Below, piece after piece: positions 59,084 to 64,000 of a stretch of 64,000 nt of DNA. Each line of letters starts with the position of its first letter. Position 1 is the stretch's first letter. The position numbers and the translations under genes were made by a program. A model generated the notes under the pieces. The model saw only the letters and a program-made list of their open reading frames with translations. It had not been told where the DNA came from and did not search any database. The stretch is taken from IMG/VR virus record IMGVR_UViG_3300045125_000168, positions 1 to 64,000 of that record. One strand, 5' to 3'.

Positions 59084-59272
59084 TCACGCAGCACTACCCG
59101 AGCACTTATATTCTGTGCTCCACGCGCAGCGTACTATATGGAGAATCAATCTTATGGGCCAAAAGATTGATTTCCAAGGTATAGCCCCTCTTGCCGTTGA
59201 TGAGGGGGCATACTCCCGCTTTTTCTCCTGTGTCCACAGGCTATTACGCTGCTCCCTTTTCACTATTTTTGC

Positions 59273-59300
59273 TAAAGTTTTTCAGGCTTTATGCCGATAA
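59273..59300 (+). promoter_or_regulatory. sigma28/FliA-like promoter (best match)
   Basis: TAAAGTTT...GCCGATAA (TAAA-N16-GCCGATAA), 27 nt before ATG 59328. Confidence 0.75.
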
Positions 59301-59327
59301 GTTATTCTTTGACGAGGTATGTAACCC

Positions 59328-59615
59328 ATGTCGATCCCTTATGAGCAATTTCGCCGCTTACTGGAAAAAACCCTCAAAGAGGATAAGGAGTTGTACGACA
59401 TGCTTGCTCATGTGGAGCGTGAGGAACTATTTGAGCTTGTATTTGAAAAACTGAAGGCGGTGAGCGTAGACACACGCCTAGTCGAAGAAACTGATCCTGA
59501 AAGCGGCAGTACGTCTTTGTATATCGTCACGAGAAAAAGACGGATGTTTCCTGGGAGGACTACGATCAAGTTGTTCTCGATATTTTGGAAAACATTTGTT
59601 CGGACTACAGCATAG
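59328..59615 (+). CDS. Hypothetical protein
   Basis: 95-aa ORF, GAGG SD, sigma28-like promoter; a hairpin CCCCTC-GTGA-GAGGGG follows at about 59637-59652. Confidence 0.55.
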   Translation: MSIPYEQFRRLLEKTLKEDKELYDMLAHVEREELFELVFEKLKAVSVDTRLVEETDPESGSTSLYIVTRKRRMFPGRTTIKLFSIFWKTFVRTTA

Positions 59616-59827
59616 TCGAGGACTACAGAAAAGAAACCCCTCGTGAGAGGGGGTGGAGTGAATCTATTTTTTTGAATGCTCCATCAAGATAGCCTATGAG
59701 GCCCTTCACGAGAAATTCAAAGCCGACTTTCAAGCTGAAGTGAGAAATATAATGTCTTCCTACCTTGAAGAATTAGACTCTACTTTAGAAAATATAAACT
59801 ATATTCTTATTAAAGGATGATATTAAA

Positions 59828-60739
59828 ATGCATACTCCAATCATCAAAAATATTTTAGTAGACAACGCTTTCAATTTGTATGTTGAGTTCGCCGATGGTG
59901 AGATGCGCTGTGTCAATTTAAAAACATGGGTTGATGGTAAATCAAAAATCAAAGATAACTTAGATTTTTGCAAGCAAGCATTTATTGAAGAAAACTGCAT
60001 CATTTCTTGGCCTAATGGGCTTTCTATAGACCCAGAAATAATTTATAAAAATGGAAAAAAAATTTACCTCTGACACAAAAATAGAACTTAATAAATTGAT
60101 AAAAAGCATGGCTAACAATTTAAGTGAGATTGTGGATAGGTACAGGGCACATAAATTTCCAGAAACGACATTTTCAGTCAAACGAGTTATTCACTTGAAG
60201 GTGATCGACGATTTGAAAATGATGCTTTATTTTGACGGCGATAACCAAGCTCGCATCGTTGATTTTTCTAAAATAATACTGAGTCATCCATCCCTCATGG
60301 CATTGAAAGATCCAAGTATTTTGAAAAAAGCTAAAATATTTGGGAGTGCGCTGCGATGGGAAGACCAGGATATAGATCTGGAAGCCGCTGACCTTTACGA
60401 TGACGGTGAAACTATGAATGCTGCTCCTCCGATCATAAAGTTAGATGTTTTGGGCAATTTTGCGTTGATAATCAAGTTTGAAGGATTACCACCAAAAAAG
60501 TGGACTTGAAGACCTTCAACCTTTTAGGTCCAAAGGCTCAAAAGCTACGACAGGACATTGAATATCTACGCTCTTTTAAAATTGTCGATGGCGTTCCTGA
60601 ATGGGATGGTATGGCCTTACTAGGCCCTGAGGACCTTTCGCGGCAGCAAAGAAACTCACTATTGAGGATTTGGATAGATACGTTGAGATGTGGCATCAAG
60701 AAAAACCGAATGTCTCGCTGCAAGACTACCTGGGATTAA
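59828..60739 (+). CDS. Three tandem DUF2442-like domains (1-3 genes; junctions fall at possible indels)
   Basis: LYVEFADGEMRCVNL...ISWPNGLSIDPEIIY; MLYFDGDNQARIVDF...ALRWEDQDIDLEAADLY; IIKFEG...KKVDL...VPEWDGMALLGPEDL. Confidence 0.7.
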
Positions 60740-61002
60740 ATGACGAAGAATACCAAGCGTTCGCTCATGGCGAGACTGTGTTAAAGCAGAAGTTTGAGGA
60801 AAAATACCGAGACATGAATGCGGAGCAAGCATGGGACCACTTCTTTTCAGAATTGGTTAAAAAATCGCATGACATCGAAGCAAGGTTTAATCAAGGCGAA
60901 GACGTCTCCGATTTTTTTGCCACTGAAGTTGACCCCGTGACGCATCAACCAAAACGAGAAAAAATGAATGACATCTCATTCACAACCGATCCTAAAAACT
61001 AG
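60670..61002 (+). CDS. Hypothetical phage protein
   Basis: VEMWHQ...SLQDYLGLNDEEY motif. Confidence 0.5.
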   Translation: MDRYVEMWHQEKPNVSLQDYLGLNDEEYQAFAHGETVLKQKFEEKYRDMNAEQAWDHFFSELVKKSHDIEARFNQGEDVSDFFATEVDPVTHQPKREKMNDISFTTDPKN

Positions 61003-61033
61003 GACCTAATCCGTCACGCTATCATTGCAAGAC

Positions 61034-61546
61034 TCAGAGAGCCGAGTCCTCAGTTATCCATTCCATTGCCGCATCTTCCGCAGCTACCCCATCAGCATGA
61101 TCTTCCGAAATCGCTCCAGGGTTGTTAAGAACTAGCTTGTATTCGATCTTCTGGTATTTCTGTCCGAGCCTATAAGTCAGGTCCCAGGGTTCGTTAGGCA
61201 TGTGACTATCGATCATCAATGTCGCGTCGTCGGCTTCCTTAAAAATATCGGCCAGACGTGTCATGATCCTAAGTTCTCGTCGTGAAAATAGCTTGTCGTT
61301 GAAATCGACGTTTGGACGTACATCCCAATCGATATCGTCAATACGAGTGAACATAACAGCACCAGCTAAGTCTGCCTTTGGTTGCTGGATTTCGTCGTGA
61401 AGTGCGACTGGAACTGGCCCATTCGGCCAAGCATAGTAATCGAGCCCGGTAACTATTCGGCCTGTTTCCTTGAAGTGCTCGAAATCCAAGAATGCAAGCA
61501 GCTTGAATAGCTTCCATTTGCGGCAATTCTTTGTGTTTGAAACAAA
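61034..61546 (-). pseudogene. Panacea (DUF4065/SocA-like) antitoxin, C-terminal part; interrupted by IS element 2
   Basis: FVSNTKNCRKWKLFKLLAFLDFEHFKETGRIVTGLDYYAWPNGPVP...FSRRELRIM...SHMPNEPW. Confidence 0.88.
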
Positions 61547-62732
61547 TTGACGCCCTCCCCATGGCTAAAGCCAGGGATTCCTAACTCACTTTAGAAGTTA
61601 GCGCATCGCGCCCGATGCGGAGAATGTTCAGTGCTGCGTTGACATCTCTATCGTGGATCGCTCCACAGCCGCAGCACACCCACTCTCTTATCGAGAGACC
61701 TTTCACCCCTTTGGGGGAGCTTTCTGGAATTACTCCACAGAAAGAACAGGTCCTCGTTGTGTTGGCCTCATCGACCTCCACGTACCAACGCCCACGCGCA
61801 CTCGCTTTGTATTTGAGCATTGTCTTAAACATCGTTGTCGCGGCATCATTGATGGACTTAGCCATTCTTGTTTTGGCAAGTTTTTTTGCACCAAAGTTTC
61901 CGACAACAATCACCTTATTTTCATCAGCAATCTTAGTGGTAGCCTTATGCAGATCGTCCATGCGCTTATTTTTGATTTTGGCATAGATACCTTTAGCTTG
62001 CCTTTTCTTTTTCCCTCTCTGTGCCTTTGCGAGCTTGCGCTCCATCATTCCGGTAGTAGCGTCCGTTGGACACCTTTTCCCCGTTTGATAGGGTTGCTAC
62101 AGATTTCAATCCTAAATCTATGCCTACCTCACCTTGAACTTTAGGTGCTCGTACCTCGTAGTCTATGGAGACACAAAGATACCATCTCCCGCGAGAGTCT
62201 TCGCAAAACTCACCTGCTCCATGAGCTACATCAGGCAACCGTTCCGGCTGAAACAATTTAAACTTGTGACCAGCGTAGGTGGCTTTGCCGTTTTTAAAAG
62301 AGATCCCTGTCTTCTTGAAAGGTATCCAACCAAGGGATTTTTTTCCACGCCATCTCAGTTTTCTTTTTTGGCTTTTTTGTCTTCTGAGAGCGTATTCCTG
62401 ACAGACCTCTTGGATGGTGGTCGAGTTAAGACCTAATTCTTTGCTAGAACCTTTTGTGAGCTTTTCTAAGTCTTGCGCGTTGAGCCACCGGCTATGGTTT
62501 CGCAAGGCATAAAAAGAAGTTTCATTACAAAAATTCCAGACATAATTGACGGCTCGTGCCATTTGTTTCAGGTGCTTGGCAGTGGCAGCGTCTTTTATGC
62601 GAATTTTAATAGTTTTTTTTGACATCGCATCGCGATGTTTACACTATTTTCGGCACCTTTTCAAGGTTCAGCTTCGCTGGGCGCGGCTTATATCCCCATG
62701 CCTAAAGGCAGGGGCTTTACGCCGTTTTCTCG
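61547..62732 (-). mobile_element. Non-autonomous IS200/IS605-family element 2 (tnpB only) with IS608-type ends
   Basis: LE hairpin CCCCTGCCTTTAGGCATGGGG with guide AAAG and flanking TTAC; RE hairpin CCCTGGCTTTAGCCATGGGG with guide GAAT, ending TCAA. Confidence 0.92.
61581..62625 (-). CDS. tnpB: TnpB RNA-guided endonuclease, one frameshift at about 62050
   Basis: QMARAVNYVWN; GIDLGLK; IVVGNFG; VDEANTTRTCSFCG; CCGCG..HDRDVNAALNI. Confidence 0.93.
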
Positions 62733-62780
62733 GTAAATGATCGCATGAATTAACTTTTCTCTTTGCGTGGGCAGTTTCAA
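62733..62780 (-). pseudogene. N-terminal 16 codons of the interrupted Panacea gene
   Basis: TTG AAA CTG CCC ACG CAA AGA GAA AAG TTA ATT CAT GCG ATC ATT TAC (MKLPTQREKLIHAIIY) joins in frame to FVSNTK at 61546. Confidence 0.85.
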
Positions 62781-62891
62781 TTTCTTTGCTCACCCTTTGC
62801 GCGTCAAAGAGTCAGTTACCCGGAAATCCCGGATAACTGATTATCCCAAATAACTCTTTAACATGCTGTAATTACTGGCTTTTAAGGCTAG

Positions 62892-62980
62892 TGGCGGAGG
62901 GGTGGGATTTGAACCCACGGACCAGTTTCCCAGTCGCGGCCTTAGCAAGGCCGTGCCTTAAGCCACTCGGCCACCTCTCC
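62892..62980 (-). tRNA. trnS-GCT: tRNA-Ser(GCT), CCA encoded; acceptor 3-prime strand one base short (probable indel error)
   Basis: GGAGAGGTGGCCGAGTGGCTTAAGGCA, CGGCC-TTGCTAA-GGCCG, variable arm, GTGGGTTCAAATCCCAC, ...CCCTCC-G-CCA. Confidence 0.92.
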
Positions 62981-63048
62981 ATCGAATGATGAATCAACTA
63001 TATCTCCCACAAAGATTTTTTCAAAGAACTTCTTGGGAGATCTTGTCG

Positions 63049-63393
63049 ATGTCGTTTCTCAAACGCCTGATGATCCTTGCCGTGAAGAAAACCGAATACT
63101 TTGTCTGGGACGAGATGGAATCCGATGGGATCGCTATCGGACCCTCAGCCAAAGAAAATGTTATCCTGCAAGTGCTCGGCTTCTCCAAGCTCGGTCTGCG
63201 CATCGCAGGACAAGCGCCGTTTGAGAAGTTCAAGTTCAACTGGTGGAGTCCCAACTCAGGCTTGATTCATACCGAACTAGAGGTCGTTACCCAGTCCAAA
63301 AACTATTTTGAAGCCAAGTTTGTGGGCTCAAACCCAGCGATCCAACGCGAGATCAAATTCTGGGAAAAACGCTATCCCAAAAAGGTTAGCTAG
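63049..63393 (+). CDS. Leader-tagged hypothetical protein
   Basis: GGGAG SD then MSFLKRLMILA; internal ATG of ORF 62986..63393. Confidence 0.55.
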   Translation: MSFLKRLMILAVKKTEYFVWDEMESDGIAIGPSAKENVILQVLGFSKLGLRIAGQAPFEKFKFNWWSPNSGLIHTELEVVTQSKNYFEAKFVGSNPAIQREIKFWEKRYPKKVS

Positions 63394-63818
63394 GTGAGAA
63401 CGTGTGCCCTGGTGTGGGTTCGAGGATATCGCGAATAAATTTTTCGACCATCTTTTCCAGGTTACCTTCGTCAATCATCACAGGCGAAAACCCTTCGTTG
63501 ACGATTTGTGCCGCCAATTCGATGCGGTCCCCTTTCTCACCTAACGGCTCAGTCCACAGGGCTTTGTACAAAACTTTGCTGCGAATAAGTGCCCGTTTTG
63601 CCTTTCGAGCGGTGCAATCGACGCAGTTGGCCGTTCCAAGCGCGAAGCTCTTTCAGCGAATGAAGGTAGGCGTTAGGAGTTTGGTAGTGAGTGATTTTAA
63701 ACAAATTTTTCGCGATTGGTAGCTGCAACTCGGAAAGTTTGTTGAGCGCCTTGCTACGGTGAAAAGCGTTGCTCCGCACTTCATTTATTTTTTCTTGGAT
63801 TTTTTGCAAAAAAACCAT
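63386..63818 (-). CDS. Leader-tagged DUF29-like protein, frameshift at about 63560
   Basis: MVFLQKIQEKINEVRS-NAFHRSKALNKLSELQLPIAKNLFKI...LKELRAW. Confidence 0.45.
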
Positions 63819-64000
63819 AATTAAGCGTCCACTTTTTTCAATGATTTAATAACTTCATCACGGCTCCGTCAACACTTCAACGCGAAAAATCTCACGTCGC
63901 CTAATCCTTGGGATTAAGTTTTTAATTTTTTTGATGAAGATCAGCATCAATCTTCGTTGATTATCTCGTGGAAAATATCTAATTCTTTTTCCAAAGTAAG

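Noticed and set aside
61547-62732. IStron (group I intron plus TnpB) that would splice out of the Panacea mRNA
   Set aside because: Only about 107 nt separate the left end from the tnpB start, too short for a group I intron core, and no P-Q-R-S elements were recognised.
58960-63050. AAGATTTTTT upstream of several leader-tagged genes (34567, 58950, 63049) as a late promoter
   Set aside because: The motif is short and low-complexity, spacing is variable, and it also occurs inside coding regions, so it cannot be distinguished from chance by eye.
1-64000. Widespread pseudogenisation or programmed frameshifting
   Set aside because: Indels hit essential genes (dnaB, recA, sbcCD, baseplate) at roughly uniform density, many of those inspected sit in homopolymers, and one even shortens a tRNA acceptor stem. 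This fits long-read consensus error better.
1-64000. Stop-codon reassignment (TAG or TGA recoding)
   Set aside because: The breaks inspected in conserved genes (dnaX, tnpB, helicases, NTase) resolve by frame changes, not by reading through in-frame stops. TAA, TAG and TGA all end genes normally.
1-64000. CRISPR array, DGR or retron
   Set aside because: No repeat-spacer array, reverse transcriptase motif or template/variable repeat pair was seen. The repeats found occur only in pairs or encode protein repeats.

Overview
This window is a 64-kb segment of a large contractile-tailed (myovirus-like) bacteriophage or phage-plasmid genome. The host is probably a flagellated Bdellovibrionota/Oligoflexia-like bacterium (inference). 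From 1 to about 18.6 kb on the minus strand lies a tail/baseplate module: beta-helix tail fibre, modular wedge protein, Baseplate J, gp25-like protein, PAAR-like tip, spike, and a hub fused to an M15 peptidase. From about 22 to 57 kb is a bacterial-style replication/recombination set (DnaN-like clamp, DnaB, DnaX-like clamp loader, RecA, SbcC/SbcD, two SF2 helicases). It is interspersed with accessory genes: two ART-like proteins, SprT, GNAT-like, NTase, DUF4160/DUF2442, Panacea, Hsp20, J-domain, KhpA, CAP and collagen lipoproteins, and GT4. There are two tRNA-Ser genes and two non-autonomous IS200/IS605 TnpB elements whose ends can be mapped exactly. Most long genes are split by single-base indels, often in homopolymers, which I read as long-read assembly error. 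Many coordinates are therefore reconstructed across frameshifts. All family names come from motif recognition by eye, not database searches. Main hunt results: (1) about 10 dispersed, unrelated accessory proteins share an N-terminal leader M-x-F-[LF]-x-x-[IVL]...[VI]-x-A, a candidate capsid-targeting/cleavage tag; (2) seven sigma28/FliA-like promoters drive accessory genes, four of them leader-tagged; (3) there is an intergenic, near-perfect chromosomal parS site; (4) a TnpB element is inserted precisely into a Panacea antitoxin gene within an orphan-antitoxin island bracketed by the two tRNA-Ser genes; (5) an SF2 helicase is fused to about 8-9 tandem ~48-aa repeats.
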